In this document: positions 1-10,436 of the stretch, one piece after another | How the letters are laid out: the number at the start of each line of letters is the position of its first letter | Numbering within the stretch: position 1 is the first letter of the stretch | Assembly (NCBI GenBank): GCA_002104905.1 | Contig: MCFE01000026.1 | Coordinates: 1 to 64,000, forward strand | Reading direction: 5' to 3' | Length of the DNA: 64,000 nt | Source of the DNA: Basidiobolus meristosporus CBS 931.73 | Lineage: Eukaryota > Fungi > Basidiobolomycota | The notes under the pieces: generated by a model | What the model was told of the DNA's origin: nothing | Databases searched by the model: none | The model's input: only the letters and a program-made list of their open reading frames with translations | Program-made: the position numbers and the translations under genes

Positions 1-1452
1 CCAAAAGGTTCAGTAATCTTTGTTTATATTATTCTGATCAAGTTGAATTAGTAAGCACCAAGAGACTGGACTAATTGAAATCTGCTGGGGTGTTGATAGG
101 TGCATAAGATAAATGAAAAATTGCATCATTAATCAGCTGATGTCTTGGCAACTACTAAGTGGTTGGATAGATCTCAGATGACTAATCCTTTGGAAAGGAT
201 TAGCAGATCAGTTGAGGATGTAATGACCACTTGAAAATGAATCAGGTGTGACAGCTAAAAATGGATTCTGAGAAGTGATAAAATAAACCATAATAGGGAT
301 AAGTTATGTTTGGGTTAGGGAAAATCAGTTTGGGTACTAGATTTTCCAACAGAGTGAAATTGGCTAAGTTTTAAATGTTAATGTACAACAGCAAGTACTA
401 CCATATCCCAATCTCATCAAGAATATAACCTTCAAGTCCATCATAGATATGATGAGTTAGCATATGGAGGACAGCCAGGAGGAGTTGGAAAATATTGGGC
501 ACCAATGTGCTATGGAGATACTTATTTCCTTTGGCATTAAGAGGCTAAGCAGCCTTGATGTGTAGGAAATCAGTCAAGTAAGGCAAGGTTGGGTTGGACA
601 CAAGAAGCAACTAATTTTTGTAAGGACAACTTTACCAAAGTTGGCTGAGTTTCTGCTGGGTGCAAGCCAATTTCTACACCATTCAATTTGGAATTCACTC
701 AAACAAGAACCAGAGTGCACCTATAAGGGGGACTCAAATCCAGCTGGCAGAAGGCATATATTGATTAAGTACCGAAAAGTATTTTGTAGATACTCAACAA
801 GTATTCATATCACAAGAGATGGCAACTAAGCATGTATTTGCAAGATGCATAGGTAACCAGCAATACAGGGTGTATGGCAAATATGCCAGTATCACACTAA
901 AAAGCCGTAAAGTTGGCGTGATAGAAGTGTGTCAATTGCAGCAGGTGTGCACATATGTAGAGGTTAGCAAGATGACTGTCAAAACACCATCAAGTTTTTT
1001 ACTTTATTTGGCAGCAAATTCAGCAATACACTGTCACAATACCACCATAAGATTTTAAGGAGGGTCAAGAATTCTAAGCAGCTGGACCAACTTATTTTTC
1101 ATAGCACTTGCAGGCAAAATTAGAGAAATTTGTCTGTTGGAAATTACTTTGAGAAGTTATTTCATTGAGACACACACTAAGCCAAAGAGTTCAGCACTTG
1201 CTCTTTATGGCTTTAAAGCAAATTGAATTAGTCAACATCAAGAGGTTGGAGTACTGATTCAAGTTAACCTGAGATTTTATTAACAACTACAGATGGAACA
1301 TAATAAATCATTTGGTCAGATGATTTTCAGCTGATGTTAGAGATATGCCAAAGCACCTGTTATAATTTTTGCACAGTTGCTGGTGGATAAAACTAAAATA
1401 CTAGTTGGATAATCATACAGTCCAATTCATGGAATCAGATATCAAAGGGTTA

Positions 1453-1457
1453 GAGAA
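1453..1457 (+). other. Target-site duplication, left copy (GAGAA)
   Basis: GAGAA directly precedes the 5' LTR and recurs at 6145-6149. Confidence 0.95.
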
Positions 1458-1807
1458 TGTTGTAAAAATTCGTATTTTCCACCTAAATATTCACCTAACT
1501 TAGTCACTTAGATCATCACCTTCAAATCCTAGAGAATACTGACCAAATTCCTTGTCGGGATTTACTTAGAATATTTTCACCAAAATACCAGGTACCCAGA
1601 ACATGAAAATTCTCAAAGTTGTCCAAACAGCCCCAAACTTTGCACACATGTTCTTGGGACCTTCCTTAACCTATTCTACGTGTTTGTAATGCCAAGACCA
1701 TGTAAAAGTATAAATACTACTTTTACATTCAATAAATCATTAAGTGAAAACCACATAATCTACTTGTTCTCCAAATCACTTCCAATATCTCCAAGACTCT
1801 TACAACA
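1458..1807 (+). repeat. 5' LTR (350 bp)
   Basis: Direct repeat of 5795-6144. The only difference seen by eye is A1489 vs G5826. Contains TATAAAT (1709-1715) and AATAAA (1731-1736). Confidence 0.98.
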
Positions 1808-1819
1808 GGTTATGAGCCC
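1808..1819 (+). promoter_or_regulatory. Primer-binding site complementary to the anticodon arm of initiator tRNA-Met (half-tRNA priming, Ty5/copia type)
   Basis: GGTTATGAGCCC abuts the LTR end. It is the complement of GGGCUCAUAACC in the fungal tRNAi-Met anticodon stem-loop. Confidence 0.9.
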
Positions 1820-4800
1820 CGAGCTGTCACTCTCTGCAATGTCTACTACTGCTATTACTGGAATTTTTCCCTCTGCTGAAAAGTTGGATGGATCTAACTA
1901 CCAAGTGTGGAAGGTGAAGATGAAGATGCTGCTACAAGAAAGAGGCCTTTGGGATATTGTCATGGGAGAAGAATGCCCTCCTAAAAACGTGGGAGAGGAA
2001 GCCTTGAAGTACCAGAAGAAAGAACAAAGTGCCTTTAACTGCATTTGCCTTAATGTCAAGGACAAATTGCTAATTCAATGCTCAAGAGCAAAAACGGCAA
2101 AGAATGCCTGGAAAGCATTAGAAGACACCTACCAGTCATGTTCAGCTGCCAAGAAAATGTATCTGAGAAGAAAATTCTTTACTACAAAGATGCTGCCAGG
2201 AGAAGAAATGAAAAATCTAATTAACAGAATTACCCTGCTGGTAGATGAGATGGAATCTGTGGGCGTACCAACTACTGATGAGGATGTGATAGTTACCATC
2301 CTGAATAGCCTGACAGACGAGTTTCAGGGCCTTGTATCAGCCCTAGAGTCCAGAACTGAAGATTTGACCTTAAATTACGTATATGGAAGGCTCCTGGATG
2401 AAGAATTAAGAAAATCAAGCGCCAATAAGAAGGAAGAAGAAAATGCTTTAATAAGCAATGATAACCAACAAAGGAGGTACCCAAGACCCTACAAAGGCAA
2501 CAGCAACCTATTTTGCAACTACTGCAAAAGGAAAGGACACACATCAGACCGATGTTTCAAAAAGAGAGATTATCAGCAAAAGAAGCCTGAATATGGAAAT
2601 GCTGCAACAACTGAAGATAGACTATTCATATCTGCACTAAATATGACCACAAACAAGGATTCTCAGACGTGGTATATTGACTCTGGAGCTTCTCAACACT
2701 TTACACACCAAAAAGAACTTTTTACCCAATATCAAGAAATTCCAATTAAGAAGGTTTTCATGGGTGACGATAGAACACTTGATGCAGTGGGAGAAGGAAC
2801 TATCCAAGTAAACCTTAGAAGCAGTGAAGGAAGCCATACACTGACCTTTAAAGAAGTACTCTATGTACCAGAAATAGCCAAGAACCTACTCTCTGTAAGC
2901 AAGGCCACAGCAGAAGGACTCAGTTTCAGTTTTGACAATTCTGGATGCAGGATCACTGATCAAAATGGTGCCCATATTGCTTCGGGCATCAGAGATCAGA
3001 ACCTATACAAGTTGACTTATATTCCATCATATCTGGAAGCCAATATAAGTAACTTAAATGAAGAAACACCAATGCTTTGGCACAGGAGATTTGGACACAT
3101 CAATTTTGATTATTTGCGTAAAATGATCAAAGATCAGCTAATTTCTGGAGTGAAAATTGATCCCCCAGCTATTTTGGAGCACTGTGAAGCCTGCATATAT
3201 GGGAAACAAGCCAGACAACCGTTCAAGAGCTCTGGGTTAATCAAAACTAAGAAAAAATTAGATCTAATTCACTCAGATCTGTGTGGACCTATGCAAAATT
3301 TATCCTTAGGCGGGATGAAGTATTTAATCACTTTTATTGATGATTATACAAGATACACATGGGTCTACTTCATGGAGAGAAAGGAAGAAGCTCTGTCTAA
3401 GCTCAGGGAGTTCAAAGCCATGGTGGAGAGAGAAACTGGTGAAAAAATCAAGAAAATACGCTCTGACAATGGTGGAGAATATACCTCAAAACTCTTCATC
3501 CACTTCTGCAAAATTCATGGGATAAAGCAAGAGACTACTGTACCATACTCCCCACAGCAAAATGGAGTAGCAGAACGAGCTAACAGATCAATAATTGATA
3601 TGGCAAGATCTATGATCCATGATCAAAAATTATCCTATGATTTTTGGGCGGAATCAGTTGCCACTGCTGTATATCTTAAAAATAGGAGTTATAACAGAAT
3701 ACTTCGTGATTCTACTCCATTTGAAGCATGGTATGGATACAGACCAAGTGCAGAACATCTAAGAATATTTGGGTGTACAGCATATGCCAAAAAACTGGCC
3801 GGAAATCAGTCAAAATTTGAGCCAAAAAGTGTAAAATGCATATTTTTGGGCTACTGCAATGAGAGTAAGGCATACAGACTCTACAATACCGAAGCAAAGA
3901 AGCTGATCAAGTCCAGGGATGTGTTGTTTGATGAAAATTCAAAATTTTCACAAAAAATGACATCAGATGATGACGAAAATTTGATCTCAAGTCCACCAAT
4001 TGTCAGGATTGAATCAGAGCAAAACAATGAAAATTTTTTCACTCCAGAGGACTCTACAACCGTGGTTCAGCCAGAATCAGTGCCCAGGAATATCCCAGAA
4101 GTGATCATTCCAGTATCAAATGCCCGGAGATCCAATCGGACAAGAAATAGCCCAAATTACTATATCAATGAGGGTACAAACTTAGCCTATGCCTATTCAG
4201 TCCATGTTGATGAACCCCAGACTGTAAAAGAGGCCCTAAATAGTCCTCAGACGAAGTTTTGGAGATCTGCAATGACTGAGGAATATCAGGCACTGATGGA
4301 AAATCAAACTTGGGACTTAGTCAAATTACCAATCAACCGAAAATCAATTGGATGCAGATGGGTCTTCAAGACAAAATACAAGGCTGATGGTACAATTGAA
4401 AGATACAAAGCAAGACTTGTAGCCAAAGGATACTCTCAAACAAAAGGACTTGACTATACTGAGACCTTTGCACCGGTAGCCAAGTTTAATTCCATCAGAT
4501 TAATATTGGCTATTGCAGCCAAATATAAGTTTTTTATTCATCAAATGGATGTAAAAACTGCATTTTTGAATGGAGAACTTGATGAGGACGTGTATATGGA
4601 CCAGCCTGATGGGTTTGTTGACCAAGATAACCCCCATTTGGTCTGCAAGCTTAAAAAGTCACTATATGGTCTCAAACAATCACCAAGAGCCTGGAATTGC
4701 AAGATAGATTCTTATTTGGAATCTTTGAGTTTCAAAAGGAGTAATGCTGACTATAGTATATACTATAAGCCAGATAGAGCAAATCCGGTTCTATTAGCTC

Positions 4801-5783
4801 TATATGTGGATGATCTTATTATAGCCGCCAATAACCTAGAAACATTGGAAGAGACTAAATCCAGCCTATCTAAGGAGTTCAAGATGTCCGATCTAGGAGA
4901 ACTTAGTTACTACTTAGGGATTAAGTTCTCCATAGACAGAAGTACCCAGACTATTACCCTAAGCCAATCCAAGTATATTCAAGATATACTAAAGAAGTAC
5001 AAAATGGAAGACTGCAAACCGGCAGCTACCCCAATGGAGACAAACCTTCACTTGGTCAAAACTCAACCAAATCAAGAGAGCTTGGTGCCATCTGAAAGCC
5101 CTGACTTTCCTTATCAATCTATGGTCGGCAGTCTGATGTATATCATGCTTGGAACATGTCCAGATATCTCATATTCAGTGGGAGTTGTCAGCCAACATAA
5201 TCAGAATTATGGATCTGATCATATTGCAGCAGTTAAGCGGATTTTTAGATACCTAAAAGGAACTGCTGATATCTGCTTAAGATACACTTATAAGGATTCA
5301 GAACAGGATCTTGTGGGATACTCTGATGCTGATTGGGGACGAAATTTAGAAGACAGAAGATCCACCACAGGATATACCTTTCTTTACTGTAAAGGAGCCA
5401 TTTCATGGAACTCAAGAAAGCAACCAACCGTAGCACTTTCTACTACAGAGGCAGAGTATATGGCAGCCTGTGAAGCTACAAAAGAAGCAATGTGGTTAAG
5501 AAAGCTCTTTACAGATTTAGGCCTATGTCAAAAAACGCCTATTACTTTATTTCAAGATAATCAAGGATGTATACAATTAGGTAGAAATCCAACTTTTCAT
5601 GCTAGAACCAAGCACATAGATATTAGACATCATTTCATACGTGAAGCTATAGAGAATAACTTAGTTAGCTTAGTTTACTGTCCTACAGATGAAATGATTG
5701 CAGACATATTTACCAAACCATTAGCTAGAGACAAGTTTGAATATCTTAGGTCAAAATTAGGACTAGTCAGTATGAACATTTAG
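1812..5783 (+). CDS. Copia gag-pol polyprotein. True start is likely ATG 1812 or 1839, not the ORF-track start inside the LTR.
   Basis: Zn knuckle CNYCKRKGHTSDRC; protease IDSGAS; integrase HHCC plus HSDLCGP/SDNGGEY/NGVAER; RT QMDVKTAFLNG/YVDD; RNase H GYSDADW/TEAEY/QDNQG/ADIFTK. Confidence 0.97.
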   Translation: MSPELSLSAMSTTAITGIFPSAEKLDGSNYQVWKVKMKMLLQERGLWDIVMGEECPPKNVGEEALKYQKKEQSAFNCICLNVKDKLLIQCSRAKTAKNAWKALEDTYQSCSAAKKMYLRRKFFTTKMLPGEEMKNLINRITLLVDEMESVGVPTTDEDVIVTILNSLTDEFQGLVSALESRTEDLTLNYVYGRLLDEELRKSSANKKEEENALISNDNQQRRYPRPYKGNSNLFCNYCKRKGHTSDRCFKKRDYQQKKPEYGNAATTEDRLFISALNMTTNKDSQTWYIDSGASQHFTHQKELFTQYQEIPIKKVFMGDDRTLDAVGEGTIQVNLRSSEGSHTLTFKEVLYVPEIAKNLLSVSKATAEGLSFSFDNSGCRITDQNGAHIASGIRDQNLYKLTYIPSYLEANISNLNEETPMLWHRRFGHINFDYLRKMIKDQLISGVKIDPPAILEHCEACIYGKQARQPFKSSGLIKTKKKLDLIHSDLCGPMQNLSLGGMKYLITFIDDYTRYTWVYFMERKEEALSKLREFKAMVERETGEKIKKIRSDNGGEYTSKLFIHFCKIHGIKQETTVPYSPQQNGVAERANRSIIDMARSMIHDQKLSYDFWAESVATAVYLKNRSYNRILRDSTPFEAWYGYRPSAEHLRIFGCTAYAKKLAGNQSKFEPKSVKCIFLGYCNESKAYRLYNTEAKKLIKSRDVLFDENSKFSQKMTSDDDENLISSPPIVRIESEQNNENFFTPEDSTTVVQPESVPRNIPEVIIPVSNARRSNRTRNSPNYYINEGTNLAYAYSVHVDEPQTVKEALNSPQTKFWRSAMTEEYQALMENQTWDLVKLPINRKSIGCRWVFKTKYKADGTIERYKARLVAKGYSQTKGLDYTETFAPVAKFNSIRLILAIAAKYKFFIHQMDVKTAFLNGELDEDVYMDQPDGFVDQDNPHLVCKLKKSLYGLKQSPRAWNCKIDSYLESLSFKRSNADYSIYYKPDRANPVLLALYVDDLIIAANNLETLEETKSSLSKEFKMSDLGELSYYLGIKFSIDRSTQTITLSQSKYIQDILKKYKMEDCKPAATPMETNLHLVKTQPNQESLVPSESPDFPYQSMVGSLMYIMLGTCPDISYSVGVVSQHNQNYGSDHIAAVKRIFRYLKGTADICLRYTYKDSEQDLVGYSDADWGRNLEDRRSTTGYTFLYCKGAISWNSRKQPTVALSTTEAEYMAACEATKEAMWLRKLFTDLGLCQKTPITLFQDNQGCIQLGRNPTFHARTKHIDIRHHFIREAIENNLVSLVYCPTDEMIADIFTKPLARDKFEYLRSKLGLVSMNI

Positions 5784-5785
5784 CT

Positions 5786-5794
5786 GAGTGGGAG
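5786..5794 (+). promoter_or_regulatory. Polypurine tract (plus-strand primer)
   Basis: GAGTGGGAG immediately upstream of the 3' LTR. Confidence 0.8.
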
Positions 5795-6144
5795 TGTTGT
5801 AAAAATTCGTATTTTCCACCTAAATGTTCACCTAACTTAGTCACTTAGATCATCACCTTCAAATCCTAGAGAATACTGACCAAATTCCTTGTCGGGATTT
5901 ACTTAGAATATTTTCACCAAAATACCAGGTACCCAGAACATGAAAATTCTCAAAGTTGTCCAAACAGCCCCAAACTTTGCACACATGTTCTTGGGACCTT
6001 CCTTAACCTATTCTACGTGTTTGTAATGCCAAGACCATGTAAAAGTATAAATACTACTTTTACATTCAATAAATCATTAAGTGAAAACCACATAATCTAC
6101 TTGTTCTCCAAATCACTTCCAATATCTCCAAGACTCTTACAACA
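5795..6144 (+). repeat. 3' LTR (350 bp)
   Basis: Direct repeat of 1458-1807, with TG...CA ends and an 8-bp terminal inverted repeat. Confidence 0.98.
6068..6073 (+). terminator. Candidate polyadenylation signal in the 3' LTR
   Basis: AATAAA downstream of the LTR TATA element, at the expected R-region position. Confidence 0.55.
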
Positions 6145-6149
6145 GAGAA
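6145..6149 (+). other. Target-site duplication, right copy (GAGAA)
   Basis: GAGAA directly follows the 3' LTR. Confidence 0.95.
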
Positions 6150-6719
6150 GACCATTGATGAGATTTGATCCTTGCAATTTTTGTGATGACATAAGCATTT
6201 TCTTGAGTGTTGATACAGAAGATATGCCAAGTATTACTGCAATTGATATCAATCACAGTCCTAGCTGGTAACATATATCAAATATTGTGCAACACAAAAA
6301 TAAAGCTATCTTAACCAACTTATTATTTCAACAACTAAGCTTTATCCATTTCTTAGGTGTCTATTTCTTCAGTTCCAACATCTTATGAATAGCTCAGCAC
6401 TTCTTACTGGTGTATATCTTCTTGATGAGATGAAATTCAACAGTATAGTAATTTGAGTCCTTGGTACTGTAGCCATCCCTCAGCTCATACCAATCATCCC
6501 TATATCCAGATCCTGATTTTGACCCTGCTACACTCTCTAACTTACAACTGATACAATTAGACTACCTTGGGAAATTTGAGATTGCAAGCCTGGCTAACTA
6601 CAAGCTACATGTATAGCCAAAACATTGGTATCCCTTGGTCATGAAATACAGCAAAGATCATAGATAGGTTTGCTAGATTTATTTTGTGAGCAATATATCT
6701 AACTGACAAACTCGCACTA

Positions 6720-7665
6720 CTACCAAGGCAATTCCTTTCCAGCATAGTCAAAATATTTCCCGGTACTGGAAAATGTCAAGCCGTCAATCACCTTCAACAT
6801 CCCAGAAATACTCTCATCAGAAGTGATATCAGCACCCTTGCCTCCCATATCTAAAATGGGAATTTGTAAGCACTTGAATATACCGAATTTAGTCGTCTTT
6901 AATCCCTACCAGTTTGAACCCAACCAGGGTGGATTGAGATTACAGTAATATTTTGGTCCTTTAGTTCCTTAGAGAAGCCTGAAGTCACTATAGAATTGAG
7001 GTTTGAGTATGGCAAGAATATTATAGCAGTCTTGATAAATACAAACCCATATTGAGTGCTGCCTTTGTTACACCATATCCCATGGTAGATGCACTATTAA
7101 TATTCAAGGTGATTGATCCTAGGATAGAACTAACGTTTATGATTTGCTTTTTTCCTCCTAGTTCTAGTAGTGGAATAAATTGCTGGGCGACCAGGACAGG
7201 ACCAGTGACATTGGTGGTAAACATTTCTTCCAGCTCTGCTTTGGTTCTACGATTACAAATAATCAACCTTTGATCACCTCAAGCAAGATTAGGAGATGAG
7301 TTGCTTACATTTTAGTCAGCCCTGCGTTGTCCTTACTGATACCGGCGTTATTTATCAGTACATCAATTCCACCACCAGTGAGCTTCGAAATTTCTTTGGC
7401 ACTTTCCTGTAAAGATTCGGCGTAAGGGAGGAGGCCCGACTTAAGATCACACGATGTAGCAAACCTCGATAGAACCCTTGTTGTTGACGTCCAGCTTGTG
7501 GACACTCAGCCTGTCTCCTGCCTCCTGCTTAAGTTCTTCTAGAGCAGTAGCGGATGATGGGTTTCTACAGCAAGCAAATACCCTAGCCCCAGGTTTTTGT
7601 AGAATCTGGCGTACAAACTCGAGCCCTAATCCGCGAGAGGCGCCGGTTACAACGTATGTAGACAT
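6720..7665 (-). CDS. Short-chain dehydrogenase/reductase (classical SDR, C-factor/sniffer-like), 5 exons
   Basis: TGASRGLG cofactor motif, NNAG, YGVTK (YxxxK) and HPGWVQTDMG. GT-AG introns join the ORF pieces; ends KELPW-TAG at 6720. Confidence 0.92.
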
Positions 7666-8044
7666 GATAAAATGAAATTATTTCTCAAAGCACCGTGCCC
7701 TCCTGAAATATATACTTCTGCCCCGGATAAAAGGGATGTGGGATTGCTTATTAATAACCTTACCACCTCTATTTGTCAGCGTTGATAGTTGGGAACGAAC
7801 AGGAGAAGCCTTCAAGATCTTGCTCAATGCATCCAACGTAGTGACATCACTGCTTTATCATCCACTCAATCAAAGCTGATGAGAACTAGATAAAACATAC
7901 AGGTCATGCATTCAATAACACATTGGTAAGCTACTAGCACCTTACACTTGGTGGACATAAAGTGGCCGAGTCAGTATTTGATTATGTACAAATGGTTTTT
8001 ATTGTGGGCTAGAATAAAGATGAGGCTATATAATACATCATGCA

Positions 8045-8983
8045 TTAATTAATTTGGCTATATTGAGCTTTCTTATACTCGTCAAGGGCATCAAGGAACT
8101 GTTGAGTTTTGTTAACCAACGATTTCCGAGTTGTCCGGACCAGACCAGACCCCATACTGTCGACCCCGTCTATACGGATAAGCAGCTTTAGCAGTGCATC
8201 TTCGTATCCGAGGTAGCTTTGATTTTCTTTGACTGGCAAGATTTTAATCGAGTCCGGAGTCGAATCGGGGGCAAACTTGAGGGGATGCTTGAAAACCCTT
8301 GAGCCCTGGCGTTCGTGTAGGAGATTTAGTTCGTCTTCAAAGGAATGGAGTGTCCGGAGACATTGGAGAATCTGCCGTGCTTGTCGAATCTCGATACGCG
8401 ATCTGATGAACTCGGCGATCTTCTTTGATGCCTCATCCCTTTGCCTCTCATGATGTTGGCGCCACTGGCGTTGGATGATCTTTGCTGCTCTGTTGCGTTG
8501 GAATCGCTGGATGGCTTCTTGCTGCCTTTGAGCCTCTAGCAGCTGTTGGGATGGATGTCTGTGTGATTTGTTTGAGGCTCTGTGGCCCTGACGTGGTTTC
8601 AAATTGTTATGGGACTTGTTGTGACTTGCACCATACTGGCGATTGGCTGGTAGAGAATCAGGGAGCATAGACCTCAACAAATTCCAATCGTCTTGCTCTG
8701 AATCGGATGATTCACTGCTAGTAGTAGTCTGGGATGAATCATACCCAGTGCGATTGTTGCTAGACATGTTTCTGGATACTGGTGTATAATAGTTTTCTGG
8801 ATAGTAACGTTGTGGCGTTTGCTGGCCATATGTTTTGGGACGAGCTACTCTGTACTGAGGGGTAAAGAATTCCTCGGGGTGTGCTCTTTGATAATATGCG
8901 GATGGTATGGCTGAAGGACGTACCCGCCGTTGAGCGGGGTACTGAACGAATGGATCGAATGGGGAATATAGAGGACTGAACAT
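8045..8983 (-). CDS. IQ-motif plus BAG-domain protein (Hsp70 co-chaperone), intronless
   Basis: AAKIIQRQWR is IQ-like. The C-terminal YEDALLKLLIRIDGVDS...VRTTRKSLVNKTQQFLDALD is a BAG domain. First ATG is at 8983. Confidence 0.85.
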   Translation of the reverse strand: MFSPLYSPFDPFVQYPAQRRVRPSAIPSAYYQRAHPEEFFTPQYRVARPKTYGQQTPQRYYPENYYTPVSRNMSSNNRTGYDSSQTTTSSESSDSEQDDWNLLRSMLPDSLPANRQYGASHNKSHNNLKPRQGHRASNKSHRHPSQQLLEAQRQQEAIQRFQRNRAAKIIQRQWRQHHERQRDEASKKIAEFIRSRIEIRQARQILQCLRTLHSFEDELNLLHERQGSRVFKHPLKFAPDSTPDSIKILPVKENQSYLGYEDALLKLLIRIDGVDSMGSGLVRTTRKSLVNKTQQFLDALDEYKKAQYSQIN

Positions 8984-9290
8984 TGTACAACTGTAGATTG
9001 TGCCTTGCCTCAACGCAGTATTTAACGAAAATCACTTGGCCAAATTTGGTAAGCGAGATTTTACTAGCACACTCTCGTGGCTTCTACAATTTTCCTGATT
9101 GTTCTCGATTTAATTCGGCAGATGATGAAATGGTAATCACGTTCTCCTGGCTCCGGTGAATTTATCCATCGGTATATTTTCATCCATCAATAGCAAGCGA
9201 TTCAGCTGATCGGATAACGTCATTTAAGTGAAGTGTGCCATTTATTGGTTTAGTTGAGACATATTCATTTGAATTGCATATTTCTAGATT

Positions 9291-9770
9291 TTAGCTATTA
9301 CAATACCCAGCCAATGCCAGTACTACCAAGGTACTCACAAGTGCATTAGCTTGGTTCCAGTTCGCTCCATTGGCATGGTTATTGTTGTTGCTATTGTTGG
9401 GGGTGGTTTGAGGGTTGGGGTTTGCCGCCGGGGTATTCGTGGCCGCTGGTACAGGTGTAGCCGCTGGCTGTTGAGGCTCGTTGCCTGCATTGTTTCCTCC
9501 GCCATCGCCTGGTTGACTCGGGGGCTGCTGGTTGTTGGGTTGACCAGCGTCTCCATTATTCCCATTCCCGTTCCCGTTCCCGGTGCTGCTACCCCCGCCT
9601 GAGCCATTCCCGCAGAATGAAGGCCCCACTCCACAGAATCCCCACTGTGAGCAGCAGGACCCGGCTGGGCACTCGACTCCATTCCCGCATCTGCCATCAA
9701 CACTCAGCGCCGCCTGGCTGGCTGAGATCCCGCATGTAACTAAAAGAGTCAGGATAATGGAGAATCTCAT
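9291..9770 (-). CDS. Secreted hevein/CBM18 chitin-binding protein, likely GPI-anchored (copy A)
   Basis: Signal peptide; CGNGVECPAGSCCSQWGFCGVGPSFC (6-Cys hevein core); G/N/P/Q-rich stalk; hydrophobic C-terminus. Confidence 0.9.
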   Translation of the reverse strand: MRFSIILTLLVTCGISASQAALSVDGRCGNGVECPAGSCCSQWGFCGVGPSFCGNGSGGGSSTGNGNGNGNNGDAGQPNNQQPPSQPGDGGGNNAGNEPQQPAATPVPAATNTPAANPNPQTTPNNSNNNNHANGANWNQANALVSTLVVLALAGYCNS

Positions 9771-10195
9771 TGTTACTTCAAGTGGACTAATATGAGTTTG
9801 TACGAGGATTCACTCCGTTTGCTTGGTGTGGTTTTGCCGCTGCTTTGCTGGTTTTCTTGATTTCGCGTATCTCGAGGATGATCACTGCTTGCTGGTTGTC
9901 AAGGATCGCTTCTGTTTCTCTTTGGATTTGACTTGTACGAAAGGTCTCTAGGGAAGGTCTCTCGATTGTTGGCTTGTTGGTGTTCAGTTACTCACATCCT
10001 CTGGTATTTTATATCAACTCACATCCCCTGGTATTCTGTATCAATGCTCACTCGAGTCATCCCAAGAGTGTGGCAGTCATCTTCCTTGACATCATCCGTT
10101 TATGCATAAAGAAGATCACGTAGAATGGCCAAGCTATTAAGCATGAGAATACGTTCATGACATTGCATAGTGCTTATTCTAATTCGCTGTAGAGG
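9347..10195. repeat. Left arm of 849-bp inverted repeat
   Basis: Reverse complement of 11112-11960 with no indels (paired coordinates sum to 21307). One mismatch seen (10181/11126). Confidence 0.97.
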
Positions 10196-10436
10196 CATCA
10201 ATGATTCATCAGATTGGGATGATTACTGATTTATGAAATCATCGCAAATATGCAGCGATTATACTAGTCAAATATATTTCATACAACTAAGTCTCCCGTT
10301 TCCCAGCTTCCAATATTTGTGGAGCCTATAGTAAAGCGCACAGAACAGCAATTAGTATAACGGATTATTAACGTGGTTTATTCGATCAACTCGCGCTCAT
10401 CTATGAAAAGTACATCTATTCTATTGAATACATTGA

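Larger units (their letters stand above)
1458..6144 (+). mobile_element. Full-length Ty1/copia LTR retrotransposon, structurally intact and recent
   Basis: Two 350-bp LTRs with TGTTGTAA...TTACAACA termini, a 5-bp TSD, PBS, PPT and one uninterrupted gag-pol ORF in copia order (PR-INT-RT-RH). Confidence 0.99.

Noticed and set aside
641-1058. Short plus-strand ORFs in the left flank
   Set aside because: No recognisable motifs. All six frames have scattered stops, so I could not choose a true frame or family.
1680-1811. ORF-track N-terminal extension of gag-pol, including ATG 1689
   Set aside because: It lies inside the LTR, upstream of or across the LTR TATA box, so it would not be in the LTR-driven transcript.
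6017-6271. 84-aa ORF resembling the gag-pol start
   Set aside because: It is the same LTR frame repeated in the 3' LTR, running into flank DNA.
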